From a virus (Duplodnaviria > Caudoviricetes), in the IMG/VR virus record IMGVR_UViG_3300027819_000460, positions 1-42,493 of that record: a stretch of DNA of 42,493 nt. The stretch is one strand, 5' to 3'. Of the stretch, positions 8,114-17,825 are shown piece after piece. The position numbers and the translations under genes are program-made. Each line of letters opens with the position of its first letter. Position 1 is the stretch's first letter. The notes beneath the pieces were generated by a model. It searched no databases. It was not told the DNA's origin and saw nothing but the letters and a program-made list of their open reading frames with translations.

Positions 8114-9541
8114 TTATTTAGTTAAATACTTTTTTAAAAACTTCTTATAACTTCCATTTTTGTGTGCTACCCACAAGTCTATTTTACCTTGCTCAAAGCA
8201 AGTGAGCATAAACCGTACCGACCGTTCTGGGTATTCAAGTATTTCTTCGACCGACGCAAAGGCTTTGCCCCTTCCAACGTGATAGTGGTCGTTGATTTGG
8301 CACAAGCCCCAATCAGTAGACCAAACCTTTCCGTTTGATACCTTATTCTCTAACTTCGCCTTTGTATTGAAGTTACTCTCTGCCTCTATAGTAGCGCATA
8401 TTTCTGCCTTCTCTGCCCATGAGAGGCCGTATTCATCACACAGCACGCGGATGGAGTGGATAATCTCTGCTCGGGTGCCCCATTTGTAATCTGATACGGC
8501 AGGTTTTGGCCCGTCAATCGGAACCTGGCTTTCTGGGTTGGGCGTCGTGTCGCTCGGCAGGATGTCGGACGGCGCTGTAGGTGCTGGGGGTGGCACAAGG
8601 GTTGGCTGCCATGGTTTAAGTGGCACCTGCGCTGTTTCACGCTGTTTCACGGCCTGTCTAGTGGTGAACAACGCCAGGAAGTCTGCAAAGAAGCGGGTCA
8701 AACCGAACCTGGACAGGACGTTGAACACGGTGACGGTGTCCGCTCGCTCCTCTGGCGTCACCTCGGCGCTCACATAGACCCGATATCCCCAATCAAAGAA
8801 CGCATAATCGCTTGACAATTTTTTAATAAAGTCATCTGTCGTGCCTACCTCAACGTAGTTATCGAAAACAAAGTACGCGGGTAGTGCGAACATCAACACC
8901 ACATGGTTAAAAGGTCGGTCGTCTCGCTTGTACTCCCCATTCTCAGGGAAGGGCCAGGCATACACAGCAACATCAAGGCAGCTCTTTTCCAGCGCTTTAG
9001 CAAAGTTACCATTAGACACCTGCTCGTAGTTGATTTGGAAGCGACGTGAAAACTCCGCTCCGAGGTCGCGCATTTGCTGGGTGATAGAGGTTGGGTCGAT
9101 GTAGGTAGCAAAGTTCATCCACTTCTCAGCAGGGAGCATTGGCTTTGGAATGAGGCCGTTGGCGCGTATCGCTTCCAAGGGAGCTTTGAGAGAGTTACCT
9201 TGGCGAGTTGTGCCGGAGTTGATGGCGATGTACCTGTCTGAAAAGTCTACCCGTCCGTCTTGGACGTACCCATTGGCTTCAAGCCATCGCTTACTCTCCG
9301 GCTTCATCAAGCCATTTTTGTATGCGTAAGAAAACTCTGCGGCAAGATAGTTGACCGGCCCCCGTGAAGCACAGTCGGCAAAGTCCTCCGACCCACGTTG
9401 TATCTCACCCATAGGTAGGTAGTTTTCACGCTCTGCCAGGGGGATCTCATAGAGGGAGGAAGGGGATTGCGACCCGAAAAGCCACTCCGACCCATCCTGC
9501 GCTGCTCGCTCCTTCTCGATGTTAAAGTTGTTGTAGGTCAT
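8114..9541 (-). CDS. Putative endolysin: papain-like (C1-type) peptidase fused to an SLT/lysozyme-like domain
   Basis: N-terminal Q..C (DCASRG), FSDRY, GN, NH, FDNY motifs; Pro-rich linker; C-terminal IEAESNFN...DWGLCQIN transglycosylase motif; start placed at the ATG after the holin stop (ORF track 9565). Confidence 0.75.
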   Translation of the reverse strand: MTYNNFNIEKERAAQDGSEWLFGSQSPSSLYEIPLAERENYLPMGEIQRGSEDFADCASRGPVNYLAAEFSYAYKNGLMKPESKRWLEANGYVQDGRVDFSDRYIAINSGTTRQGNSLKAPLEAIRANGLIPKPMLPAEKWMNFATYIDPTSITQQMRDLGAEFSRRFQINYEQVSNGNFAKALEKSCLDVAVYAWPFPENGEYKRDDRPFNHVVLMFALPAYFVFDNYVEVGTTDDFIKKLSSDYAFFDWGYRVYVSAEVTPEERADTVTVFNVLSRFGLTRFFADFLALFTTRQAVKQRETAQVPLKPWQPTLVPPPAPTAPSDILPSDTTPNPESQVPIDGPKPAVSDYKWGTRAEIIHSIRVLCDEYGLSWAEKAEICATIEAESNFNTKAKLENKVSNGKVWSTDWGLCQINDHYHVGRGKAFASVEEILEYPERSVRFMLTCFEQGKIDLWVAHKNGSYKKFLKKYLTK

Positions 9542-9542
9542 A

Positions 9543-9998
9543 TTAGCATCTGTTATTCTTATCAACTGTTAATTTGTCGAGAAGGTCTCTGATACGAACG
9601 AGGATAAAACGTACAGCATCAAACTCTACTACAGCAGAGCCAGTGCGGATGGTGTAGATATTCCCTATAACCGAGTAGCCTGTGGACGCTATCAAAAGGC
9701 CGAGACATCCAGTAGCTAGTGCTGTAAGGTCAACGCCCATTCCCTTTCCCATGTAGGCAATAATCAGTGGAATGACGATAAAGAGCATCTTTGAGACAAG
9801 ACCGTTGATAGCGTGGCGGGATTTTATGGCCTCGCCGCCTTGTAAGACGTATACCCTCCAAATCCCCGTAATCATGTCCAACACGATAAACGCAAATAGG
9901 ATGCTAAAGCTGTGCATCGACATACCCAGGAAGAAGGCCGGCACATACAGTGCATTTTTTATGATTGCCCATGTTGTTAATGTGCTTCCTTCTACCAT
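9543..9998 (-). CDS. Phage holin (Phage_holin_4_1-like)
   Basis: LDMITG...KS....NGL..K...GYSVIGN pattern; three TM segments. Confidence 0.8.
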   Translation of the reverse strand: MVEGSTLTTWAIIKNALYVPAFFLGMSMHSFSILFAFIVLDMITGIWRVYVLQGGEAIKSRHAINGLVSKMLFIVIPLIIAYMGKGMGVDLTALATGCLGLLIASTGYSVIGNIYTIRTGSAVVEFDAVRFILVRIRDLLDKLTVDKNNRC

Positions 9999-10001
9999 AC
10001 G

Positions 10002-10136
10002 CTACATAACTAGGTCTTTAAATATACATGCGATATCGTGGCATGGTGGTGCAATATACAGCAGCCAGTAGGTAGCCACGTCTGGTAGGACTTGGACTGG
10101 AAGCTGTGGGTCTGGGAAGGTAAGGAGTTCCGTCAT
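10002..10136 (-). CDS. Possible 44-aa hypothetical protein (not in ORF track)
   Basis: ATGA-coupled to the upstream gene and fills the gap to the holin. Confidence 0.4.
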   Translation of the reverse strand: MTELLTFPDPQLPVQVLPDVATYWLLYIAPPCHDIACIFKDLVM

Positions 10137-10414
10137 ACTTCTAGATCATCAGGTTGTACGGGTCTTCGTGCCTTAGATACGTCTATCTGCACACGAAAGT
10201 CTGCTGCTCTGTTGCGAAAGTTTGCTGCATCAGCAAGGGCGGCGTTGCCTTGTCGCTCAAGTTCTTCGGCTCTTGAAAGAGCGGCTTCTTCTGCTTGCTC
10301 TAACTCTGTAAGGTTTATGGGTTTTTGTTGTGCTGGCACAATTCTTTCTGGCTCTACAATAGCGATGTTACCTTGCTCATCTACCACTATTTTGTTTGGG
10401 TCTAGCTCGTCCAT
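10133..10414 (-). CDS. Hypothetical protein, possible tail fibre chaperone
   Basis: Acidic coiled coil immediately after the fibre gene. Confidence 0.6.
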   Translation of the reverse strand: MDELDPNKIVVDEQGNIAIVEPERIVPAQQKPINLTELEQAEEAALSRAEELERQGNAALADAANFRNRAADFRVQIDVSKARRPVQPDDLEV

Positions 10415-10433
10415 ACTGGTTATTATTTAACTT

Positions 10434-12947
10434 TTAATTTACCGTGGTCATCACTGATGTGAAGTCCGCACCAATGTCTGACGCGGCGTCGTATATGGTG
10501 GGAGCAATGGTATCGGTCGTGGTGGCGGTAAACATGGTAAAACCTGAAACTGAACATCTATCGCCACCAGTTGCACCTTGGCCTGGGGTCGCGTCGGTCG
10601 TTGTGGCTGCGAAAGTTCCGAGTTTGTATCCCATCCCCATTACAATGTCGTTTGCCGAGCTACAACCGCTTGATAGCGTTGCCATAAACCACATTTTAAC
10701 TACGTCACCCGCTACTATAGCGATAGGCGGATTTTGAGCTTTAGTGGTGCCTGTGTTGCGATAGTTTGCGCTGCTTGCAGCTCCTCCTCCTGTAATACAC
10801 GTCGTGCCGTTAGTCGTAAAACAAGTTGACTGAATTGTGTTAGAGAAGGTAGAAGTACCAGCCGCAGTGCTGGTTATGACACCTGTGTTGTTGATATTGA
10901 AGAGAGTTGTGGTCGCGGTTGCAGTAGAACTTGCTACGGCAAACAACGTCTTGTTCGTATTGCCATTGTTTGCATGGATAGAGAGTTTTGCGTAGGGAGT
11001 GGTGGTGCCTATACCAAAATTGCCTGTTTCGAGTAAGGTAACGAGGGTATTGTCAGCACCATCATATATATGGAAGTCGCCAGAGTTGTTAGCTGTAGCG
11101 GCGTCGTCGTCAAGGTGTATGTTTACGTCATCATTTCCACGTAGATTAAGTGTTTGGTCAGCAGCACCGTTGTGTCCACCATAAATATCTCCACCTTCAA
11201 CCCGTATGTCACCATTTACGTTTAGTTTCTGGTCTGGTGTAGTAGTGCCGATGCCGACATTTCCTCCTGATGTAATATTCATCCTTGCGGTGTTACTTGT
11301 ACCAAACTGGAGTCCGGCAGCGTCAAGCATGTGAATGAAGCCGTTTACACCGGCTCCTGCCGAGACATTCCCAAGAAGCATTCCTGTGTTAGAAGTGTTG
11401 TTTCTTGGAAACCAAATGCGACCCATAGAGCCTGCATCGTTTATGACGAGTCGAGCGACGGCGTTAGATGTTAAGTTTTGTACGTTGTTGATACCAACAT
11501 TGCCCGTGTTATCGATTGCAAAGAGCGTCGTGGTCGCAGTCGGTGTGGAAGACGCGATGACAAACAGGTTAGAGAGACTGCCTGTCGCGCCCGGTGGGGT
11601 TGCTACTGAGAGCATGGCGTATGGCGAGGTGGTGCCGATACCGACCTTGCCTCCAAAATACCCCGTTCCTGTCGTTGTGGATTGTCCTGTGACCGTTAAG
11701 CCATTTGGGTCAGCTTGAAGGACAGCGGTCGTTCCAGTTGGATAAAATATGAAGTTGCTTTGCGAGAGTTCTACCTGCCCTTCACCTCCATTTGCCACTT
11801 GCAGATATATGGAATTACCACTTGCTGCGTCCAAGTTTAACGAACCATTGCTCGTCACATCGTCACTAACTAAATTACCAGCAAAAGTAGTATTCCCCGC
11901 AAAGTAGTTAAGGTCAGTGGCACCCGCTTGGTAAATACCATAGCGGTTTGTGCCGCCGATGAGGTCATCTATGTACACACCGTATCGGTTGGTGAGTGTG
12001 CCTGTTGGTGTACCACCACGCACCCAAAGGCCATAGTTATTGGTCATGAGGTTCCCAGCACCAATAGTAGGCAGCTCAGCATGAAAGCTCGCACAGTCAG
12101 TTGAAGAAGCGAGAGTGCCGTTTACAGTACATAAGCCCGACAAAGCGGAGCTGAGGGCTAAGTTATATCCAACACTGTTATTGACCGCCTGATACCTGTT
12201 TCGTATTGGGCCTCCGTTGGCAGTAACACTGGTGAGGTTTCCTGTTGTGGACGCACCCATTATTGCGTTACCGTTAATACCTTGCGCAATTCCTCCTTGT
12301 GAACTTCCAGCACCGTTGTAGTAGGCACTGAAAGTACCCGCTCTAACGTTAGCCACGACGGACGAAGTACCAACATTCAAAACATCATTTTGAACTCCCT
12401 CCGCACCCGTAGTACCTACAAACGCTTTTCCTATAACCGTGGCGTTGTTATTACCCCTGCCGTTTACACCCGTTATCCATACGTTTCCGTCAACGACAGC
12501 TTTGAAGTTTGAGGAGGGGGTAGAGGTGCCTATGCCCACTTGTGAGGCGAAGTATGCATTTTCCGTCGTCGTCGCACCACCTGAAATTGTAAGACCCCCT
12601 GTCTGTGTACCGTTGCCGATGGTGGAGGAGGCTGCTGAAATGAGGCCGTTGGGATGCAGTGTGGTGATAGTGGTGGTTGGGGCAAGGTAGCCCTGGGCGT
12701 TAATTTCCCAACTCTTCCCAAATAACGCGTTAGAACATCCTACCGGTGTGACCCACCCACCAGAGAGAACACAGAGGATGCCTGTGGTCGATGTAGCTAG
12801 GCCGGGCACCAAAAGGCCAGCGGAGCTGTTCGTAGGCTGGATGATGTTCGTGCCGCCTGTTTTCCACTGTTGGAGCTGTTGAATCCCCTGGGCTGATGCA
12901 AGGGTCGGGAGGGCGAGTAATAGGGCTATGAGAATGAATTTACGCAT
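10434..12947 (-). CDS. Tail fibre / beta-strand repeat protein with N-terminal signal peptide
   Basis: Start MRKFILIALLLALPTLASA-Q; repeated GxVGIGTTxP motifs; Thr/Gly/Asn-rich. Confidence 0.75.
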   Translation of the reverse strand: MRKFILIALLLALPTLASAQGIQQLQQWKTGGTNIIQPTNSSAGLLVPGLATSTTGILCVLSGGWVTPVGCSNALFGKSWEINAQGYLAPTTTITTLHPNGLISAASSTIGNGTQTGGLTISGGATTTENAYFASQVGIGTSTPSSNFKAVVDGNVWITGVNGRGNNNATVIGKAFVGTTGAEGVQNDVLNVGTSSVVANVRAGTFSAYYNGAGSSQGGIAQGINGNAIMGASTTGNLTSVTANGGPIRNRYQAVNNSVGYNLALSSALSGLCTVNGTLASSTDCASFHAELPTIGAGNLMTNNYGLWVRGGTPTGTLTNRYGVYIDDLIGGTNRYGIYQAGATDLNYFAGNTTFAGNLVSDDVTSNGSLNLDAASGNSIYLQVANGGEGQVELSQSNFIFYPTGTTAVLQADPNGLTVTGQSTTTGTGYFGGKVGIGTTSPYAMLSVATPPGATGSLSNLFVIASSTPTATTTLFAIDNTGNVGINNVQNLTSNAVARLVINDAGSMGRIWFPRNNTSNTGMLLGNVSAGAGVNGFIHMLDAAGLQFGTSNTARMNITSGGNVGIGTTTPDQKLNVNGDIRVEGGDIYGGHNGAADQTLNLRGNDDVNIHLDDDAATANNSGDFHIYDGADNTLVTLLETGNFGIGTTTPYAKLSIHANNGNTNKTLFAVASSTATATTTLFNINNTGVITSTAAGTSTFSNTIQSTCFTTNGTTCITGGGAASSANYRNTGTTKAQNPPIAIVAGDVVKMWFMATLSSGCSSANDIVMGMGYKLGTFAATTTDATPGQGATGGDRCSVSGFTMFTATTTDTIAPTIYDAASDIGADFTSVMTTVN

Positions 12948-13794
12948 ATAAATGGCTGATGTCAGGAAGTAGCTCGGGCTCACCTTTCATGAGTTTGGAC
13001 AGAGGGATGGTTAGCTCTTGGCGGCTGATCAGATCCTTCAGACCTGCTTCTGCCTTCTTGACAATCTTGCCCGCCATCTCGTCGATCGCGCGCTGCTGCT
13101 CACGGGCAAGGGTGTTTCCAGTCTCCTTCCAGGCAGCGGTTGCCTCCTCCATGGTGGACACCAGGAACTCGGGAAGCGCACCAATGGCGTCCATGATGGG
13201 TTGTAGGTCCACCGGCTCAGGCTGAGGGATGGCGGCGATAGCTGCTTGGATGGCTCCAAGGCGACGAATGAGAGGCGCGGCGTCGAATTTATCCGTGGGA
13301 ATTTTGCCCACCTCGCGCTGTAGCTCTGCCAGGTCGGCAGACAGCTCGGCAAAGGGCATGTCAGGCAGTCTTTCAGGCGTGGGGAGCTGGCTCAGACGCT
13401 TTTTGACCACCTCATCCACGATTTCACGCATTACACGATAATCCACACCTCCCCCGCCTCCGAAATTGGGAGCGATGGCCTTCACCAAAAAGTACTGCTC
13501 CTGCTCCTCATAATCCTGGGATTTCGTGGTGTACCCGCTGTCGGTGTAGACCGTGGCAATGGCCACGACATTCCGTCCATACCCAGCAGAGTCGGCGGGA
13601 GCTTGGACGGTCGAACTGAACAAGCGGGAGTTGGTAGCCGATTGCGCCAGGTTGGTGGTCAGCAGGATGGCACCCGTGCGCACGTCGTACACCACTCCTC
13701 GGACATAGTAGGTCGTCCCGTCTGTGTGGTTGCGTAGGAAATAGAAGATGTCGAAGTCTTCCGCCGGGGATATGACGCTCTGGGCGAGTTGCAT
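12940..13794 (-). CDS. Hypothetical virion-module protein (beta N-domain plus coiled coil)
   Basis: 284-aa ORF in the late region, preceded by the repeated promoter motif. Confidence 0.7.
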   Translation of the reverse strand: MQLAQSVISPAEDFDIFYFLRNHTDGTTYYVRGVVYDVRTGAILLTTNLAQSATNSRLFSSTVQAPADSAGYGRNVVAIATVYTDSGYTTKSQDYEEQEQYFLVKAIAPNFGGGGGVDYRVMREIVDEVVKKRLSQLPTPERLPDMPFAELSADLAELQREVGKIPTDKFDAAPLIRRLGAIQAAIAAIPQPEPVDLQPIMDAIGALPEFLVSTMEEATAAWKETGNTLAREQQRAIDEMAGKIVKKAEAGLKDLISRQELTIPLSKLMKGEPELLPDISHLYA

Positions 13795-13800
13795 CGTCCC

Positions 13801-13830
13801 ATGGTAGACGGAGCAGGGGAATTGTAACGC
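13801..13830 (-). promoter_or_regulatory. Repeated late-promoter-like motif, copy 1
   Basis: GCGTTACA-N16-TACCAT-6nt-ATG(13794). Confidence 0.75.
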
Positions 13831-13841
13831 TGGAGGGTTGG

Positions 13842-14369
13842 ATGTGCAGTTGGGTATGGTATCTGAAGGACTATCAGGGAGCGATAGCGGCGTGCATAAC
13901 TGGCGGTCTAGGTTTCTACGGGGTTATCAGAACACTCAACAAAAACGCTGGCATAGCAAGGGACGCCCGACTGCATACCATCGAACTAGAACGAGAAGCT
14001 CTCCGAGCCGCGCTATTAGAGGAACTCAGATATGAGTTGAAACGGTATTCGGACATTTCGAGCACCTTCTTTAAGGCCACCACTGAGACTGCGTTTCCTA
14101 AAAGTCCTCTAACTGGGGTATATCCTCTTGTTCGTAATCGTATTGGCTTGTTAACCCCGGCTGAGGTTCAAGCCTTATTCCATGCGCACTTTGTGATCGC
14201 GTTTGCTCATGTGCAAGCCTCCCAGTTCGCCGTGGCTTGGGATAAGGTTGACCAATATTTAAAGGTTCATCCGAATGATTGCGTTAGGGTCGGTTCATAT
14301 TTCAAAGACGCTATAGAGCCAATTCGGTTGGCAATCCATGAATTTGAAAAAACTGTTGGTAGGGTATAA
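13842..14369 (+). CDS. Inserted accessory membrane-anchored hypothetical protein
   Basis: Opposite strand to the virion genes, visibly more AT-rich, single N-terminal TM. Confidence 0.65.
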   Translation: MCSWVWYLKDYQGAIAACITGGLGFYGVIRTLNKNAGIARDARLHTIELEREALRAALLEELRYELKRYSDISSTFFKATTETAFPKSPLTGVYPLVRNRIGLLTPAEVQALFHAHFVIAFAHVQASQFAVAWDKVDQYLKVHPNDCVRVGSYFKDAIEPIRLAIHEFEKTVGRV

Positions 14370-14424
14370 TCCCTCGGTTCGGAAATCCCAACCATTGTCG
14401 TCAGTTCGGCATCATTTCTAATAA

Positions 14425-14841
14425 TTAGTAGTCCATCACTGTGACCGATGAGGAAGCCACTGGCAACCGACACCGGATAGCACCGCGCATGAGGTTATCG
14501 AGCGTCCAAACGGCGGTAGAGCTGGCGTGCACCACTGTGCCTTCGTAGAGAACGGATGGGCGGTCTCCTGTGTTGCAGTAGAGCGCCTGTGGGCTAGATG
14601 TTGCGCCGCTGATGTTCCCGATTTCGAGACGGACTCGGCCGGAGCTAGTGGCTACAACAAGCGTATCGGATAGCCCGACCCAGACCTTCGTGGCAGTGGG
14701 ATAGGCAGGCAATACTAGGTCAGTCGAACCGAGGTTTTTTGGCTGTGTCTGTGGAAGGTTCCGCACCACCACAAGGGCACCACCAACGGATGCACAGAGG
14801 CCGATTGCCGTGATGAGAAGTGCGAGGATTGTTTTATTCAT
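14425..14841 (-). CDS. Signal-anchored beta-sandwich protein (capsid-adjacent)
   Basis: Start MNKTILALLITAIGLCASVGGALVVV; Ser/Thr-rich beta domain. Confidence 0.7.
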   Translation of the reverse strand: MNKTILALLITAIGLCASVGGALVVVRNLPQTQPKNLGSTDLVLPAYPTATKVWVGLSDTLVVATSSGRVRLEIGNISGATSSPQALYCNTGDRPSVLYEGTVVHASSTAVWTLDNLMRGAIRCRLPVASSSVTVMDY

Positions 14842-14870
14842 ATGATGATGGGTTGCTTCCGGACTCCGGC

Positions 14871-14894
14871 GTGCGGCCCTTGGGAGAGCCGCAC
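14871..14894 (-). terminator. Intergenic GC-rich hairpin (attenuator/processing site candidate)
   Basis: Minus strand GTGCGGCTCT-CCCA-AGGGCCGCAC; no U tract. Confidence 0.4.
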
Positions 14895-14920
14895 AGGGAG
14901 CCAAGAAGATTAGTAATTGG

Positions 14921-15613
14921 CTAAGGTTTCATGAACGTGGCCGAGCAGGTGCCGGTGAAGTACGAGGCAAACGTGCCTGCCGTACCAGTCGCAACACGGG
15001 TGGTAAGGAACTCGCTTGGCCCAAGGCGGTACGGTGACGCACCGGTTGAGTTGAAGCTGTCGTACCCTATTACCCCAGGATTGGTCGTTGAAGCTACACC
15101 AGGCTGCCAGACAAGCGTGTGCTGCCCGTCCGTAGCACTGAACTTCTTGACGAATGCAGGGGATGAACTGGCATACGCGCTACTCGATGTTGAAACATCA
15201 AGCGTTTGCGTGCCGGTAAGTCCATCTGCTGTGATCTGCGCGGTGTGGTTCAACACCGTTGAGGTCGCTGCACCAAATGGGTTAGGTATCGCACAGGGCA
15301 CAGAACTGGTTGCCGCCATGCTCACTTGTACACTCGCGTAGTCTATCCCCCCTACAGTCCAGTACGAAGTTGTGTTCGTAGTGGTTGCCGTAGTGAGTTG
15401 ACCGCTGGTGTCAATGGATGCCTGTTGCGTTGTACCGAAGTACACCGTGTTACTGAACCAAGATACGAGCTGTTGCAAATACCCTACTTGGTCAGTTGTA
15501 CCAAGACGACTTGGTTGTGCTTGCGAACCCGAGTGCCCGAGGGCAAAGGCTAAACCTGCCACCACAAGCACCACGGCGGCGATTGTGCCGAAGAATTTTT
15601 GGGTTGTGGTCAT
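14921..15613 (-). CDS. Signal-anchored Thr/Ser-rich protein after the capsid gene (decoration-like)
   Basis: N-terminal TM; CAIPNPFGAATST ... GTCSATF; follows the MCP. Confidence 0.7.
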   Translation of the reverse strand: MTTTQKFFGTIAAVVLVVAGLAFALGHSGSQAQPSRLGTTDQVGYLQQLVSWFSNTVYFGTTQQASIDTSGQLTTATTTNTTSYWTVGGIDYASVQVSMAATSSVPCAIPNPFGAATSTVLNHTAQITADGLTGTQTLDVSTSSSAYASSSPAFVKKFSATDGQHTLVWQPGVASTTNPGVIGYDSFNSTGASPYRLGPSEFLTTRVATGTAGTFASYFTGTCSATFMKP

Positions 15614-15625
15614 AGTAGTGTCAGA

Positions 15626-16933
15626 TTAAGCGTGAACGTTCGAGTAAGCGGCGAAGCTGGTTGCGTCAGCACGGACAGCAAGGTCAATCGAGGCGCGGGC
15701 CTGGTCGATAAACACCTTGTTGTCGTAGACCGTCCACATAGTGTAGTCCTTCGCAACTGCACCAGAGACAAAGTTTTCATAGATCTCTGGGTCTTTACGG
15801 ACGGCGAGAGATACGTTCTTTGCAACGGTGAAGATGGAGTGAACCACCTGCTTTGCAGCGGTAAACAGGTTAGACGCACTGGTGAAGCTGGATGACAGTG
15901 TCACCTTACCAGCACCCTTTATCAGGATGTCAACATACGTCGTACCATCAGTTGCTGAAAGGCCGTGAAGCGCATCAGACTTGTCGATGGTGAAGCCACC
16001 TTCTGAGACAGTGTCAGTGCCATCAACCCATGCGTCGTAGACGTTGGTGACGTTCGTGGTAAGGGCGTTGAGCGCGGTGACAATGTTGTCTGCGGTATCC
16101 GCTGCGGTAGCACCAATTTGGATGTCACCGTTTGCTGCGGTTGCACTCTTAAAGCGGAACGTAACACCTTTGATGGTCATAGTGTCACCATCGCTTGGGT
16201 TAGCGCCAAGTGTCAAACGTGCCGTAAATGGCAGGTTGTTTGACACGAAGACGTTGAATTGACCGAGTTGACCCACGTATCCGTTGGTGACCGCAGTGTC
16301 GCCTTGTGGCGTGTTGCGAGCCATCATGTAGAGCTGGATGACAGTCCACACTTGAGGTGGGACAATCCAGGTCAACATGCCGCCGTAGTCTTCGTACGGC
16401 AGTTTGCCGAACTTCATGTTGTTTGAGTACACAACGTTCGTGCCCATGAATTTCTCCATGGCGAGAACGGGCAGGTTTGCGACGTTGGCAATGCTGATGG
16501 TTGCTCCGTTGCCAGAGGTTCCACCGAGTGAGCCGTCGTCGATTGTATTCCCTGCACCTGCACGAATAGCGTTGAGGGTGTCGCCGTCAATCTCCTGGAA
16601 GATGGCATTGCTGAGTTGCACGCCGTAACTCTTGGTCACGTCGAGGTCAGTATGCAGCACCGTCGGTTTGACGATACGGACAGTTGCCTCTTTTTGCTTG
16701 GAGATGGTGAACGACTCTTCACCTTCGACGTAGTTCTGTACGGTGTATGAACCGTCAGACCCAAGGTCATTGGCAAAGATTGGGTTGGTGCGATAGCGGC
16801 GTTTAACCGTGTCGCCTTTTTGAAGACCTGCGGTAAATTGCAAGTCCGCGATGACCGGGTATATCGGCATCGCCCAGTTGGACTTTTGGTACTCCTTAGT
16901 CCAAATGGTCTGGTACTTAAATGTGTTGGTCAT
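15626..16933 (-). CDS. Major capsid protein (HK97 fold, P22-coat-like) with inserted domain
   Basis: N-terminal IW...KGDTVKR motif, GYVGQLGQFNVFVSNNLP motif; position after the scaffold. Confidence 0.85.
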   Translation of the reverse strand: MTNTFKYQTIWTKEYQKSNWAMPIYPVIADLQFTAGLQKGDTVKRRYRTNPIFANDLGSDGSYTVQNYVEGEESFTISKQKEATVRIVKPTVLHTDLDVTKSYGVQLSNAIFQEIDGDTLNAIRAGAGNTIDDGSLGGTSGNGATISIANVANLPVLAMEKFMGTNVVYSNNMKFGKLPYEDYGGMLTWIVPPQVWTVIQLYMMARNTPQGDTAVTNGYVGQLGQFNVFVSNNLPFTARLTLGANPSDGDTMTIKGVTFRFKSATAANGDIQIGATAADTADNIVTALNALTTNVTNVYDAWVDGTDTVSEGGFTIDKSDALHGLSATDGTTYVDILIKGAGKVTLSSSFTSASNLFTAAKQVVHSIFTVAKNVSLAVRKDPEIYENFVSGAVAKDYTMWTVYDNKVFIDQARASIDLAVRADATSFAAYSNVHA

Positions 16934-16958
16934 AACAGTTTGTTATGGCCTATCTACG

Positions 16959-17825
16959 CTACCCTACGACTTGGCTGCCGCGTCGGACTTCCATAGAGCT
17001 TCCGCGCTTCTGTGAAGCCGCTCGGCCCGCCATTTCAGGCGTGATGCCTTGGCCGGATGAGAAGTCAGGCTCCGTGTCGGCTGCTCCCTCCTCACGTTGG
17101 CCACCCTGTTCAAAGGATGGGCGTTTGGGAGATACCAGCTTGGACAAGGCATCCTTCTTCCTCCACACGATGTACTCTGGCTCTTTGTCGTGGAACTCGG
17201 CGGTGTGCGCGAGGCGCACCACTTCCTTCATCACGTTAGCAAGCTCAGTGTCATTGGTGATGCCCAGCTCTGCCTTGACGGAAGGGGCTGTGGCCATGAT
17301 GGCCTGGTCCTCCTCCGTCTGCTTGGCTCTGGCACGCTCTGCGCGCCATTCTGCCGCCTCCTCGGGGGTTAGAGTGCCTTCAGCTTTTGGAGCCTTGGAG
17401 AGGATAATGTTACTCAACTCCTCCAGGCTATCAGGGTCGAGCTTGTGCTTTTCAGCGTACTCGGCGATGTCCTTGGCTGCGGCTTTCTTCTCCTCGGGTG
17501 TGGTGGCTTCGCCCTTGGCATCAAGAAGCGCTTGCAGGTCGGCCGCTTTGGCTTCTGCCTCGGCTGCCCGGGTTTCTGCGCTTTTGCGCTCCTTTCGCTC
17601 GTCTTTGAGGTCGTCGTAAATAGACCGCTTTTTAATAGGTTCAACAGGGGGTTCCTCGTCGCCTTCCTTGTCCTTTTCAGGCTCAGGTGCGTCTTCGGAC
17701 TTATCCCCTGGTTCGGGCGTATCATCGCCTTCCGGCTCTGGTTCGCCCTCTTGAGCTGGGGTTTCCGGCTCATCTGCTGGAGTTTCGGCCTCCGGCTGCC
17801 CTGGATAGTGCTTGTCGTCATCCAT
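16959..17825 (-). CDS. Scaffolding protein
   Basis: Acidic Pro/Glu-rich N-terminus, LKDERKERK coiled coil, directly upstream of the MCP. Confidence 0.75.
   Translation of the reverse strand: MDDDKHYPGQPEAETPADEPETPAQEGEPEPEGDDTPEPGDKSEDAPEPEKDKEGDEEPPVEPIKKRSIYDDLKDERKERKSAETRAAEAEAKAADLQALLDAKGEATTPEEKKAAAKDIAEYAEKHKLDPDSLEELSNIILSKAPKAEGTLTPEEAAEWRAERARAKQTEEDQAIMATAPSVKAELGITNDTELANVMKEVVRLAHTAEFHDKEPEYIVWRKKDALSKLVSPKRPSFEQGGQREEGAADTEPDFSSGQGITPEMAGRAASQKRGSSMEVRRGSQVVG

Noticed and set aside
7676-8125. 149-aa plus-strand ORF
   Set aside because: Antisense to the holin-like gene and the structured region; starts inside the terminator
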